Shown: positions 1 to 14,093, counted from the first letter of the whole stretch. The stretch: DNA of 60,283 bases, filler included, from Sluysia triapertura (GCA_046118255.1; 4 parts of 4 records of this genome joined end to end with filler, not necessarily neighbours in it); one strand, 5' to 3'. Notes: generated by a model not told the origin, from the letters alone. Numbers and translations: made by a program.

Positions 1-2851
1 TATTAATATTATTTGTAAAATTGTTAATAAAATTATTTCATTTAAATTAATTGTTTAAATTCATCATGACCTTCAAAAATAAAAATATATAAATACAGCA
101 AGCATTTCTTAACTTTGACACAATTAATTAAAATTCATAACTTGAATTCACGGTTCTCAGTTTAAGTTCATTATTTATCCGTCAGCATCCAATACAATTC
201 CACGAGTCAATTCGTTTTTCAGTTTAATCCAAATCATACTCTTCGAGCTAATTCAACTTCAATTGCTTTTTACTTTGTATATTAACGTTAGTTTGTTGAT
301 CATAGAAATTTTTTGCAATATTTAAGGATTGCATCTCTAAAATTTTTGACTTAACTTATAATTAAACTAATTGCGTTATCTTTTATCGATAACGAAGTAA
401 ATTCCTTGTTTTTAAAATTTTGTATTAAAGATTATTGACGTAATAATCTTGGTAAATTTTATTATTACACCATATAATTGTTATATATATATTTTTCATT
501 TAATATAATTCGTTTAGTTGATTGAAATATTTATTTATTAAACTAACCAGGTTCCTACGAGAATCTTAGTAAAATCTCTTTTAAATTGACTAAGGTTCAT
601 TTAACTTGAACCTAAGAAAAATACTTTGATAATTATACGGTTTGTATATCCAAACCAGAGTAAATTTCACATTATTATAGGTTTTTAAAATCTTATAAAA
701 TCGATTATAAACTTAACTGCCTCTAAACTATTACTAAATTATTGTGATATTAAATTGATATTTTAGGTCATAAATTGTGTGACTTAATCCTTGACTATTA
801 CATAAAAACATTAATATTAACATTTGACGAATTTCTGGAAATTAACATTTGAAACATTAAAACCAAAAATCTTTGTGACCTCAATTTTACTTTTTAAGTT
901 AGAAAATCCAACGGTTGGCCATTGAGTTCGTAAGACCAATACGTTGGTGAACTCACTACTTTTATTTTAAACTTTATTCTACACATACTTTTCTTGCAGT
1001 TAATTAAGATTTTAATTAATTTATTTATTTTTAGACCTAATTTTATTTTATGTTTAAAGGTTTTATTGAGGTTCTAAAGTTTTTTAGTAGTTTATAAGAC
1101 ATTCAGGAGGCTCTAAATGTTTACTCTTTTTTAACATTTCTCTTTGCTGAGATTCCCACTAATATTGATTTTCAATTAATAATTTTGCCATTACAATACT
1201 GATATAAAATTATCGTTAATAGTGCTATTAGGCATATCTCCTTTCAAATTTTTTTAATAAACAAAGTTAAACCCAAAATTTACTTCCACAAATAAAGCTT
1301 TACTACGTACTTTAAGTTACATCTGCACAAATGCATAAACACAATTATTCTCAATATAGCGAAATTTCCAGAAAGTATCTCTGTGTATTATATTCCTCCA
1401 GAAACAATAAACCTAAATTAGAATTTAACACGTTTTACCTTATTCGCAAATTACCAATTCTGTCATTTTGTTGGTTTGGTAGATTAAATTTATCATTAAA
1501 ATCAAAATAAGTTAATTTTTAATTTGTTGCATTAAAAGTCATCATAAATTTTGCATACAATATTTATATGATAATAAATCACAATAAAAAATGTATAATC
1601 ATCTTTTTGTAGTTGCAATGCAAAATATTTTAAATTCAAATAAATGAAATAAAAATAAGACAAAACAATAATATAATTTTATTATACGTTTGAAAATGAT
1701 AAATCGGAATGAAACCAATAAAAGTGCATCTAGAAAACAATAAAATAACCAATCATAACTCGTCATCACAATAAAAAATAATTTATTTTGTATCTAATAT
1801 AATATGTTTTCAATCCATAAATTTATCCAAGTAGACTTATCTGATTAACCATTTTTCAATAGCAATAATTTTTTAAGTATGTCACAACATGAAAATATTA
1901 CTTATTAGAATTATTTTAATTTTAATCAAACTTAAAATTAGATTCGAATTTTAAAAATGGTTAAAGAAATACGAATATTATCACATAATTTGAGCCAAAT
2001 CTCGAATAAGTAAAATATTTATTGTAGGAAAGCATTAAAAATAATATTATGTATACATACAATTGTTTGAATTTTAAAGTTTATCAGCAGCAGTATTATA
2101 ATTATCGATAAAGTATTTTTCCAATAAAACTTTAATTATTTTTATTATATCAATTTTGACCTCGAAAGTATATTTCACATTCACCTTACATACATTAAAT
2201 CATGAAAGCACAAATTCAACAAACTTCTAAATAATAATTCAAAATTTTATGAACCATTTGTAAGTTCTACAAAAAAAGAAATTTATGAATATATAAAATT
2301 TAGAACTTCAAAAAAAATTTATACGCAAAGAATATTTTCAGCAATCGCAATACTACTTTAACTTCAAAATAAATGAAGTTCAATAATATTTTGCATAAAA
2401 TATTTTATTATTATTCACTAATACTACATCATTTTATTGTCTAATGATAATACATAAACTTAAACCATCTTTTAATTATTCAAATCTATTTAAAATTTCT
2501 TTCTCAATTAGTTTTCTCTTTTTTTAAAACTTTTTATGCCTAAAATAATTCACAATATTTTTGACAGTATCTTAGAATTCATTTAGATAATAAAATTAAT
2601 TATGTTAACTTTAGTCGAACCCCAACTTTCTGATTTATTAAAAAAGTTCATTTTCACTGTACATAATTATAACATTAAATTCTAAAATTAAATATGTAAA
2701 TTAAACGGGTTGAAACATATCACATTATTGTAGAAAAGTATGTTCTACATTTGATAAATGTGAGTATATAAAATTATGAATATTAAAAATGAACAAATCT
2801 CTATGAATATATATATATATATATATATTTAAATTTGATTGGTTATCTGTC

Positions 2852-2955
2852 TTATACCTTCGAAGCTCTGATTGGTGGAAGCATAAGACTGGTGTAGAGA
2901 TCCGGCCAATTAGAGCTAATTACAGTCTGATTACTAGACATTGTACTGTTGGTTC
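2852..2955 (-). CDS. RALGAPB: RALGAPB probable last coding exon
   Basis: ttattcag acceptor in phase; TNSTMSSNQTVISSNWPDLYTSLMLPPIRASKV*, resembling the conserved PEFYTSLF tail. Confidence 0.75.
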
Positions 2956-5900
2956 CTGAATAAAACAAACAATAAATATTCTATATTTGTAGAGTATTCA
3001 AAAAATTATTATATTTCCGGGTTTAACAAGATTATAGAATGGCTTCTGTTCCGCATTCTTGTGTACTTACGATGCTTTTTTAAGTACTAAAAACATAATT
3101 GTCATTGAATCACTTGTTTCAACAAAACAGTTGATATAATATAACACGATACAAAAGAGCTTTATAAGTGGAAAACCAACAATTAAAAAAAATCCAGAAA
3201 TAAAACTACATTGCGTCTAAGATCATACTAACCAGCCCTGTTTGTGATATCAATAGTATTTGGTGCTAGGACACGGTTTTCTTGAATTAAATGCTGTAAT
3301 CGTTGTGTACGAATTAAATGAGGAGCATAAAAATTATCTGTATTTTGTCTGATTCGATCATTGATATGAATAACAAGATTTCTAATTAAAGAACCACAAT
3401 TATTGAGATCTACAATCATGCCAGTATGTAGCGGTCCCGCAGAAAAAAGCTTTTCGATATTTGTTGATCTACAAAGTTAAGAAATAATAATAATAAATTA
3501 AAAATAAAAGATAACCTGAATAAAATAATAAATGATTTAAGCACAAATTAGATTAAATCCACAAGATTGGTTTACAAACCTACAAAGATAATTAGGAATA
3601 CAAGATCAAGTAACTATTAAAAACTAAAATAGTTGTAGAACCAAATTAGTGTACATTATACTAATTAGCTACATTAAAATTAAAATATTTGAATAATATG
3701 ACCAACTTTAGAATAAAGTTGAAGTGGGTCATAATAAATAATTATACTAAGAAATTAATAATAAATATCATAGCTAAAGAGAATATAATTAACATTAATA
3801 CTCAGTTACTATTAATTGAAAAAAAGTTATTATCGCCGTAATAACAAGAAAAAGTGCGACTTCACTACTTTGACTTCAATATAGACTGACGAGTGAACAT
3901 TACAGCCTGTTGTTGTAGTTGAATAACCCATTGTAAATGTTGCAAAATCAAGAAAAAATTATATTTCAATTTATAATTTCTAAATATCCACGAATGGTCA
4001 CTTTACAACTTTACAAACACCGAAGTAATAAAAATACCGCTAATAAGAGAGCATAACTGGAAATTAATAGACAAGTGTGATGGAAGGTAGGAATTCATCA
4101 TACTTAATTAGCGACGAGAAAGGATCAAACATAATGCTCAATAAAACAAAAGAATTCGCAAGGCGGATATAAATAACATATTATACACTATGAAAAATAA
4201 TACAAAGTAAAAAATGTATCACCAAAACAATAGTGTTTACTGTAATTAACTAGTAAATGGAAAAAATCGATTATAAAGCTATAAGATCAATTACATATTA
4301 CTTTAATTCAAGTTTGGCAATCCAAATTGGGAGTCCGTATAATTACAAATATACATTCGGCTCGGATTATAGATAGTGGAAAAAGAATAAAACCGATGAA
4401 AACATAAAAAAGCAAATTTCAGTAATAGAATATAATAAAGACATGAAATACGTTCATCGTGTGGACCAGTACTTATCTAATTATTCAAATATAAGAATAA
4501 CGTCGTAAATGGTCAGAGATATTTTTAACGCCTTTTGTTTTTATAAAAAAATTACATAAAAATAAAAAACCTATAAATTATTTTTGCATGAGACTGTACG
4601 TATCTGGATTAAAAATGAACCTAAGGAACAAGAAATGAAAAAAGATCGAATGTGCTGCTCATAAAAAATAAATCAAACATTGTTCATACGCAGATTTTGA
4701 AACGTTCCACTACATAGAGGTGAATGCTTCGAAAATTATCATATTAAATGTTATTTAATAGCAAATCATTATAAGTTTTATATTTCATTTATATTTCAAT
4801 TTTAAGCAGTTATTGGACAGATAATTATAAGTATTTACTGTTCAACCCGAGATTTGTGGCATTCGTTTTATTTAGCTGAATTATTTGTAGGATAATATCG
4901 TTTGTTTTATTAATATTTTTTTATTTTCTCATTAAATCACAAAGCATACTGAAATTATTCTATTACATTTACTACGATTTAATAAGGAAAAAATTTTAAT
5001 CTAATTTTCATTTTTTAAATAAGACTACCCTTTTTTCAGATTATAAAGTATTAAATTATTTTACGTAAAATTTATAAATCTTTGGTTAATAAGCAATGGA
5101 AATATTAAAAAAAAGTAAACAGTATTTAATTAAAGAAAAATACGTCATATTAAATCTATTTAGTACCTTCCTGTTGGAAGTAGGAAAAATTGATGGCAGG
5201 AGAGCATACTTTCACACCAGTAGGGAGACAGCGAAGAGCAAGCTATTCCACATTATGTCAATGGATTGTGGAAGCATTGAGTGAAGAATTCAACAGTGAT
5301 TAAAAGATTTATTAAGGCTTTAATACTGAAAAAAGCTGGTGATTATGTTAGTATAAGCGAATATGACATTTTAGATGATGAAGAGCATTAAGTCTTGTAA
5401 TAATTAATTTAATTTAATGTATTATATATTTTGATCTTTTGATTATATTGTATATAAATAATTATATATTTTAATTTTATTTAATATATTAATCAGTTAA
5501 GTCATTGTTAGGGTGTGCCTTAGAGTCCTATTCACCTTATTTATAAAATTATTTTGTACTAAGTTCATTTTTTAGGATGTGTCTTATAGTTCGAAAAATA
5601 CCCTAATTTCAAAAAAATTTGTCATTTTATCTTCAAATCCTTTAATCTTGTTTGATAAATATTATCCTATTATACTATTAGTTTAATAAAAATATTAATT
5701 ATTGCTGTTTGGTTTTTGTGTTTGTAGTTTATTTATAACACTTGAAAATATTACCCTATTTATATAAAATAATATATAGAAATTTTATTTTTTGCGCATA
5801 AAATACAAAACACCCATTAATTTTATTTTTGATACGCCTACTTAACGACATAAGCAAAAGATTGTTTATTTCTCCATAGCTTATTTATTTATTTGCAAAC

Positions 5901-8900
5901 CCAATTGAAGGGAAAATTATAGCACAAGTCACAAAATCAAGTTGGCAAAATAATTTTTGTATTTGTCGTCTTATTTATTGTGGTCCAGATGCGTCGAAAA
6001 CATTTTCACAATTTTTCTAGTACTGCAATTTCAGATGTCCCGGATATCAGTAATCGAAATCCATCGGATTTTACATCTATTCGTCGTCCAAATAATGCCC
6101 ACTTCTAAAAATAAGTATGAGACAGAATTGGACTTCCGATTACTTTAATCACTTATTTAAAATCACATAATTTTAATAAATGTATTTTTAAGGATAAATA
6201 TGCTAAAACTTCGAATAATAATAAGTCTAGTAAAATTAAGTGCCATAGAGGTAATATTGGCCATGATTAAAAATATAAAAAAAAGAATAAAAAATAAAAA
6301 AATGAAACTAAAACTAGTAAGTTCGCTATTCACGACCCTGAAATATGATTGTAGTATAAGGAATCTACTATATACAGCGAGATTTCCGATAATTCTTCTA
6401 CTTTAGGACACACTCAAGACAAAATTTTCCAATTACTCCATAAGCAGAAGTTCTTATCATATTGCAATCTTTTTCAAAGAAAGGTTAGACTAAATAAAAA
6501 GACATATCGAAGACATGCCTGAGAAGTTTTCGAGAAATCAATAATGGAAAATTTTGAAGCAAATTCTCAAACTTCCAGCATCGAAAGTAACACAACGGAA
6601 TTAAATAATATTATTATTTCGAAAACTGACAAACGAGCTAGTAACTACTACGCCTCTATTAAAATAGATTAATAAATTAATAAATCCGAAAACTAAAATA
6701 TTGAAATTAAGCAAATAAATTTAACTAATCATAACAATATATGACAAAACATCCCAACAAATTAATTAAACATCTAGATAGTCATGAAGCTATTGCAAAT
6801 TTCATTTCGAAACTGATGTACGCAAAATTCAAATGCTCTCAAGAAAGGTGCCCGAATCATAATGAGAAGCAATACAAAAAAATCTGGAAAAACAATATCA
6901 AAATCATCACAGAAATTTAGATTAGTTAATCCTAAAATTGCAATTCTACAATGCCATTAACAAATATTATGAACCACATGAATCAGATATACCACCTGAA
7001 TGATGCACCTGAAACTTCATCATCCAACTCAAATTTGACTATCATATCAAGTTGCAAATACTCAGGAAAAGTATAATTAGTATAAATATTAGTTTTCTTT
7101 CCAATTCACTCCAAGCTAAAAGCTGAGAATGACAATAAATTTATTGTTGAAAATATCACCTTTAAAATGTTTGAAGATATCGAAATGACAATATGCACAC
7201 TACGTTAACAAAACAATCACTGGATATTAATTATCTTCAACAATGTTCAATTCAGAGCAATTCGAAGTAAACAGTCACGTACATATATATGTACTATTTA
7301 AATATTTTTATGATGAAGCATATACATTATTTTCTTATTCTGCTAGTATTCATTGGGAACTTTTAAGGAATTTTAAAATATTAAATTTTGCCTTATTTAA
7401 ACTAAATATGATTCAATAATATCAAATTACACATATTAACTTAAACAGGCACTAACCCCGTGAGAGGTCGATGAACTTTAATACGTAACAAGCCATTAAC
7501 AATAGGACATACAATTACAGCACATTTTTCTTGTGTGCAATTTTGATTTAGTAGGTTCTGTGCGATTGAATTTGATTGGCTACATTGACAACCAATTAAT
7601 TGTGTAATATTTATCTTTTCTAAATCATCCCAATTTTCTAACCAAACTAGAGAAACTGCTCGACCTATATGTAATGTTAATTTGTCGAGAGGTGATGATG
7701 AAGTATTTGATTTAAAAGAACTGGTGATTGTTGATAATGATGGATTTGTATTTGGAGTAGCTACAAATAAATTTATATTAGATTTTAAATAAATATTCTA
7801 AATTTTAATTGATTTTAAATTTTAAAGATATACAATAGAATTCAATATAATGATATGCTTTATTTGTGTTCAATATAAGAGAAATATAATCGATAACTAA
7901 CAAATGATAGGAAATGTGCATTCTTCTGAAACTTGAGGTCCAGATGAACTTACTAATGAAAACGCAATCTCTGACAGCGAATCAGCCCAATAAATTAAAT
8001 TATGCGTTCCGTCTGGAGCACTAGAACACTGTAAGAGACGCATAATTTCTCTGGGAGGAGCACTACTTGAATTAGACGACACACCTGATGAACTGCCGGT
8101 AGATTGAGGAGATGTTGTTGCCGATAAATTTCTTGATCCACTAACAACAGAAGAACATTGGACCAAAGAATCGTGACACCAATTTGCTTGAAAACTTGTG
8201 CTGATACTCCCTGTCCAACCAGGATGTGTTTTTACATCTACCAACCAACCAAGAGTTAATAACAAATTCAGAAAATCTGTATTGAAATTCGGCCACTCGT
8301 TCTGAATAACATTGTAGTAAATAAATCTAAGATGATTATAAAAACATACTATAAAACAAAATTTCAATGTATCAGATAATTATTTCTAGCATATTATTTA
8401 AATTTGAATTTTATCGATTTTATTGCATTTTTATTTTTTTAAATTCGAGTATAATTAAATTTTTGATTATAAATAATTTATTAATTATAAATAATTTATA
8501 ATTGACAAAAATATATTACCCGAAAATATGAATAAATAAATGTACATAAAACAAATAAATAAATAAAGTTTTAAAATTAAAATAGGAAAACATGCCAAAA
8601 TATAATTAAAATTCATATTATAAAATCAGAAAATTAATAGCACTTATTTTTTTACATATTTGTATGAACATATTGTTCACATATGTTCCTGTGGTGCCAA
8701 CCTTATTACTTAAAATTTTAATTTAATACATCATAATAAACAATCACATTCCTGTAATATTCCACCTTTTATTTCTTCAAAAACCATTAAAATTATAAAT
8801 ATATCACAACATTTTAAGTTCACAATTTGATAACATAAAATCATTAATAAGATCAAAAATTTACATTTTACATTTTTGATGTTATTACATTTTGAAATTT

Positions 8901-11900
8901 ACATTTCAAAATTAATTTTAAAACATTAAACTAAACGCAATTTCTTTTTACATCTTTAACGACTTTGTTGCCCTCTATATATTCTTTCATAAATTTTCTT
9001 CACATTTTTAATTTATATTTAAAGAAATGTAAAAGAATTTAAAGATTTAAAAGATTTTTATGCATTTAACTATTAAATTATCTATTATTATAATTATCTA
9101 TTATTATATCTATCTATTATAATTTTCATTTTTATTATTTATTATTTTTATTAATATCATTATTACTATAATTATTATATTAATTATCAGCTTCATTATT
9201 ATCATCATTACTATCATTTTCAATTCTCATTAGCATGATGTAAATTAATGATACTGTCAATGGTGACAGTTTTTTCATTAACAATAGTTTAGTGTTTGTC
9301 ATCATTAACAGTTACTATTGATTAAAAATTTAAATTGTGTAGTAACAATTTTACTACAAGCTTAACTCTTATTGGTCAACTAATAAATATCTTACTCAAT
9401 TATTTGGTAGTGAAAAAATTCATTTTTATTGTTCAACGAATCACATTGTCGTCAGCATTCAATATGATTCGATTTCTTAATCTGAAATAAAATAAAAACA
9501 TAATTTATTAAAAAGTTTGTGATTCCTAAATTTAGATTTCAGATAAAGAAAAGATATTTGTCGCCCTCAATTATTCTAGTTAGATTCATAACATTTTCTT
9601 TTAACAATGTATAGAAGTTTTATATGTAATGAAACCTTGTCAGTACAATGAACAGTTATTCTACTCATTTAATGAATGTAATTACGAATAGAAGACTTGA
9701 TGGTAAAGGAAGCAATCTTAGAGAATTTAAGACGAGTGGCATCAAAAGGAAAAAATGTTATGATCGAACATAGTGATGTTTCACCCAACATAACATCAAA
9801 TAATCATCTGAAATGCGATTTTCATCAAAATCACTACAAAACCACATTGTGTTTGTTTGGTACAAATGATTTAGGTATATGCCTCAGATATGGTCGTCTA
9901 TGTCCGTATGATCACAACGTACCAGAATTATGTTATCATTCGTTCAATAACGCCAATTCTGCTAGTTTCATTAGAAATTAATTTAATCAATTCAAATCCT
10001 CAAATCAATGACGACATGATTGGTGATAATCATAATTGACGTTCAAATATGCTAAACGACGATCCTAAATTAGAATTAAATTTTTCTTTTATTGAATTTT
10101 TAGTTTATAATGATGTTTCTGTATTCTTATTAAGATTATACCGATTTATGCAATTTGTGGTATGTCAAAATGTAAGCCATCTACCAATTTTAGTTAACAA
10201 ACTAATATTTTATAACATTTTGAATTATTCAATTTATGTCATAATTAATAGTTAAAATCTTATTTAGTATTTTTCCATTTCAAAAGAATTGTAATAAATA
10301 TACTTTGTGGTCATTATATTGCAATATTTTACCTATTTCAATTAATAAAAAGATATAATAGTTTTACTTGCATTTTAATAAAATGCTAATAAAATTAATT
10401 AGAATTCAATCATATTACATCTAAAATAATAACATCATATAATTCCCCAAAATTTCATTTTGCATATGCATACTCTAGTACTCAAATCAAAGCATAAAAT
10501 CGATATTTTACTAACTTGATTGGACCAAATATCAACACAGTCACTTTGACCTGCCTTAACATAGTATATTAAACAATTGTTCAGAGAACGACTAGGACTT
10601 CTATCGAGTAATTCTAAAGCTTGGAAAAATCCAGAATTCGATGAATCCAGTAAATAAATTGATGGAAGGTGATCTGTTGAACAGGTGGTAGTACTTGGAC
10701 GATGCATAGGCTGTGAACTGGTTGTGTTGGTAGCTGTGGAAATGTTTGGATAAGTGGTTCCTAAATATAAAAATAAATAATGATACAATGTGAATGTAAT
10801 GTTAACTTATTTTTCATCCTGCACTTAACATAATTTCAGGCAAAGTTCTACATATTCAGGGTTATAAAAGCATTTAAATGAGTTGTGCTGAATAACCAGA
10901 ATTATATCATTACTTTTCATAGACAAAATTTAAAATCTAAAGCAAGATCAAACAGATGTATTCATCTACTGAATTTTCTTAAACCTGTTTATCCTTATCT
11001 TAACCATAACCGTACTACAATTCACCCTCAGAATCGTATACAATTATATAACATAGTAATAGCATTTAGCTTAACAGAGTACAACTACAATAGCATATTT
11101 ATTACTTATCTTGAATTGTTTTACACATTTTCTGGATGTGTAAATTATTATTTGGCATTACAAAATATATATAATGCGCTCAGATAGACATACATAATAG
11201 GATTAAATTCTTGAGCAACATGTCAACGAAAGTATAGATAGATTTAGAATAGCAATATAAACATCACATTGTTAAAGGTGGAATTGAATAGAAATACCAT
11301 GCACTCAAAAAACCAAAGACACATTCACAGTCAACGTATAAGTGATTCTTGTAAAACACATTGGAGCCACAAATGACGCTTTCTAATTATATTTAGACGT
11401 TGACACAATTATAAAATATTACTAATAAACAAGCGAAAAAGTATACCGATAAATTGAAAAAAATATCGAAATTCTCGCTTGTGATAGACTCTTAATAAAA
11501 TCTGTGATTAATAAACAAGGAATTACCACAAGTTCTGGGATCTTCTCATTTGCAATCTAAATTTTCGGGTGTGCACATTATGTAATAATTGAATAAATGT
11601 TCTATTTTCTAACTACGTCTGTGTAAATTTAGATAAAAATTTTATGAAAAAACTTAGTTTAAAACTTAATTATTTTTAGCTTATATGCTGAAATATTGTA
11701 GTAAAATTAGTTAAAACATATCATATTAATAATAGAATTAAAATAATCAAGTTTGTTTCCTATATGTACAAAATTAATTTAACCTGTACCAATATTATCT
11801 GGTGCATGATCCTTTTGTTGTAGATTAGATGGTTGAGGAATCAAATTAGATACATTTGTAAGAGTGTTTATAGAAGTAAGTGATGTAGACTCCGAATAAT

Positions 11901-12232
11901 TAGAAGTCAAATTAATTGTATTTAGTTGATTGTTCGCGTTAGAAACAATCGAAGGTCCGGTTACATTCGATTCTTCATTTTCTGTGCTAACTCCCATTGC
12001 ACGATGTAAGTGATACTTCATGTCTTCAACGGATCCAACATTAGTCACAGTATTCGCCAAAATTCCGGATTGATTGTTTGCAATAGACCCACCTTGAAGA
12101 TTAACCCCGATGTTATTATTTGCATTTGCATCACTATTAATACTAGTGAAAATGCTTTCGCAGAAGGAATTCACAGACAAATAACCTAGTTGATACAACA
12201 ATAAACGAGCAGTTTGAATTTCAGGTGATGGC
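2852..12232 (-). CDS. RALGAPB: Ral GTPase-activating protein subunit beta, 3' part (multi-exon; 5' part not found, probably cut by the gap at 13994)
   Basis: Exons 12232(or 12245)-11784, 10760-10516, 8301-7902, 7760-7457, 3468-3233 and 2955-2852 join with GT-AG sites and matching phases (1,0,1,2,1). Collinear RALGAPB motifs: EIQTARLLLYQLGYLS, LELLDRSPSR..CLIYYVKAGQ, FLNLLLTLGWLVDVKTHPGWTG, IYWADSLSEIAF, VSLVWLENWDD, CPIVNGLLRIKV, GPLHTGMIV, FYAPHLIR, PDLYTSL. Confidence 0.93.
3233..3468 (-). CDS. RALGAPB: RALGAPB penultimate exon
   Basis: tttgtag acceptor; SAGPLHTGMIVDLNNCGSLIRNLVIHINDRIRQNTDNFYAPHLIRTQRL; G|gttagt donor. Confidence 0.88.
4295..4750 (+). mobile_element. Decayed piggyBac (PGBD4-like) transposase, C-terminal part, in a RALGAPB intron
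   Basis: Translates IQVWQSKLGVRIITNIHSARIIDSGKKNKTDENIKKQISVIEYNKDMKYVHRVDQYLSNYS, then the Cys-rich-tail relic VPLHRGECFENYH; frameshifts and stops present. Confidence 0.85.
5026..5604 (+). mobile_element. Internally deleted pogo/Tc2-like DNA transposon
   Basis: About 5200-5280 translates EHTFTPVGRQRRASYSTLCQWIVEAL (POGK-like C-terminus); ends resemble Tc2/pogo TIRs (cccttttttcagattataa ... cttatagttcgaaaaatac). Confidence 0.7.
7457..7760 (-). CDS. RALGAPB: RALGAPB exon (not in ORF track)
   Basis: ttgtag acceptor; open frame ...GRAVSLVWLENWDDLEKINI...CAVIVCPIVNGLLRIKVHRPLT; GG|gttagt donor. Confidence 0.88.
7902..8301 (-). CDS. RALGAPB: RALGAPB exon
   Basis: ttcag|AAC acceptor; ATT T|gttagt donor; LGWLVDVKTHPGWTG and YWADSLSEIAF. 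Confidence 0.92.
9715..9981 (+). pseudogene. Unkempt-like CCCH zinc-finger fragment, antisense within a RALGAPB intron
   Basis: FHQNHYKTTLCLFGTNDLGICLRYGRLCPYDHNVPEL has C-x9-C-x6-C-x3-H spacing preceded by YKT, as in Unkempt fingers. An upstream broken finger (LREFKT...KKCYDRT**CFTQH) lies in another frame. Confidence 0.65.
10516..10760 (-). CDS. RALGAPB: RALGAPB exon (start of the Rap/Ran-GAP-like region)
   Basis: atttag|GA ACC acceptor; CAA|gttagt donor; FFQALELLDRSPSRSLNNCLIYYVKAGQ. Confidence 0.9.
11784..12232 (-). CDS. RALGAPB: RALGAPB exon (QTARLLLYQLGYLSV followed by an Asn/Ser/Thr-rich stretch)
   Basis: tttag acceptor (alternative at 12245); ACA G|gttaaa donor; overlaps ORF 11779..12201. 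Confidence 0.85.
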
Positions 12233-12645
12233 CTAAATGTGAATTCTAAATTATGTACACGTAGTTTTTGTTTAATACGGTTTTATTTTCATGAAAAACC
12301 TGTTTAATGCGATATGATATTGGAAACGTATCTATGTAAACCACTTTAAGTTTTATTAAATTGCTTTTTAATTCCTACTAACAAAAAAATATCATATATT
12401 ATTATCTATTTCTTAATTAGATTCAAATAATTTAAAAGTCTGGAAATTTAATTTAATAATTTAATAATCCGGGAAAATAGTAGATTATCGAGAATATCTA
12501 AAACATGTAGCACTTTCATCTTTAAGAACAGAGACGAATATTGCACTCAATCTCCAAAATACTGAATAAAATGTAAAAAAGTATTAACGAATTTTTTGAA
12601 AAACAAAGTTATAGTTAATGATAATTATAAGCAATTCAGTTACTT

Positions 12646-12667
12646 TATAATTATAATTATAATTATA

Positions 12668-12734
<67 letters not shown>

Positions 12735-12740
12735 TTATTA
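12646..12740. repeat. (ATT)n microsatellite
   Basis: Direct reading. Confidence 0.95.
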
Positions 12741-13039
12741 ATAGTTAAGCAGCAATTAGCTTAAAATAACTAAAAAATAAAACCTTATTAAGATCTTTAA
12801 TTTTTATAAATATAAAATATTTGAGAAATGATTTATCTCTCAGTTATTTGGGGATTAAAAGGTTAAATTAAAATTGATTTTTGTGTGTTTTAAAGTTGTA
12901 AAACAACCTTAACAGAAAATAATTTCTAACTTCGGATGAAGGATTAAATATGGATGCTGAGTATTGAATTGTATAATTTGCATTAAAATTCCAATTAAAT
13001 CATTAAAACTGTGTTACTAAAATTTCTGATTTAAACTAA

Positions 13040-13112
13040 ACTGATTCCATTATATAGGTTAGTCATCATGCCACCAAAATCATTGGAATTTCTCGAAAAT
13101 TCCAGAATGTTC
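13040..13112 (-). promoter_or_regulatory. Heat-shock-element-like array (5 perfect units), repeat-borne
   Basis: TTCtcGAAaaTTCcaGAAtgTTC at 13090-13112, next to an aactgat...agtcatca motif shared with 43150-43200. Confidence 0.4.
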
Positions 13113-13993
13113 CATGATTTTTAGAAAATTAGCATTAATTTTGTGTATTTAAGAGTTTAAAGGGTTGTGATGAAAGTAACAAAAGCGCTTATTATTCATT
13201 ATGATATTTACAGGCTTATTTAAAAAGTTTAATGTTTGGTCACCTTTACTTACTTTATCTTAGTTTCTAATACTAAACTTTTGGAATTGAAATGACTTAG
13301 AAAGTTTATTATAATTTTAAATTTAATAAGTTTATTGTGTATCAGTACTTTTAATTCATCTCTTGTTTGATAGAGGTAAAAGTGAAATTTATAAATATGA
13401 TTCTCAAACTTAATAAAACGTTTAAATATTATTAATTCGAAAAATATTTTAAGAAAATTTATTTTAAATTGTATAATATTACACCTACTCAGTTTAAAAT
13501 AATCCTTTATAGCTATGGTAATATCCAGTCGGTAATTTTAAGTAGTCTCCAAACAATAAGTTATAGTTAGCATAAAAGAAGTATTAGCATTAGTATTTGT
13601 TTTTATAAAATTTTGTAACTTTTATACTATTTTTATTTACCACAAATTCAGTCGAAGAATTAATCAATTTTCATTAAGATCAATGGCCCAATTTATGACG
13701 TCTAATTTTATTAAAGAATTAGTACTTAGTAGGCATTTGACTCATAACAAAATTTCCAATTTAAATCACATATTCCTCTGTCACTTAATATGCTATCTTT
13801 TCTAATTAATTATGCGCAGAATGACAACACTATAAAATACGATTTTTGAGAAGAAGCTCGACGTACCTTAAAAAACTTAAGTTTTGCAGGTCTTTTTTAA
13901 GATTTAATAACAAATAATACATTAAGGTTTATTGTAATATAGAATAGTAACTACAAATTAACTTGTTTTGACAATGACATATATATATATATA

Positions 13994-14093
13994 NNNNNNN
14001 NNNNNNNNNNNNNNNNNNNNNNNNNNNNNNNNNNNNNTTAATTAATTAANNNNNNNNNNNNNNNNNNNNNNNNNNNNNNNNNNNNNNNNNNNN
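13994..14093. other. Assembly spacer (44 N + TTAATTAATTAA + 44 N)
   Basis: Exactly 100 bp; identical to two others; the core has stops in all six frames. Confidence 0.98.

Noticed and set aside
5096-5284. 62-aa ORF
   Set aside because: Wrong frame of a pogo transposase relic
5957-7260. Possible further piggyBac or LINE relics and ORFs 5957 and 6200 in the RALGAPB intron
   Set aside because: Too degenerate to assign by eye
14038-14049. TTAATTAATTAA palindrome repeated three times
   Set aside because: Always centred in 44+44 Ns; an assembly linker, not biology
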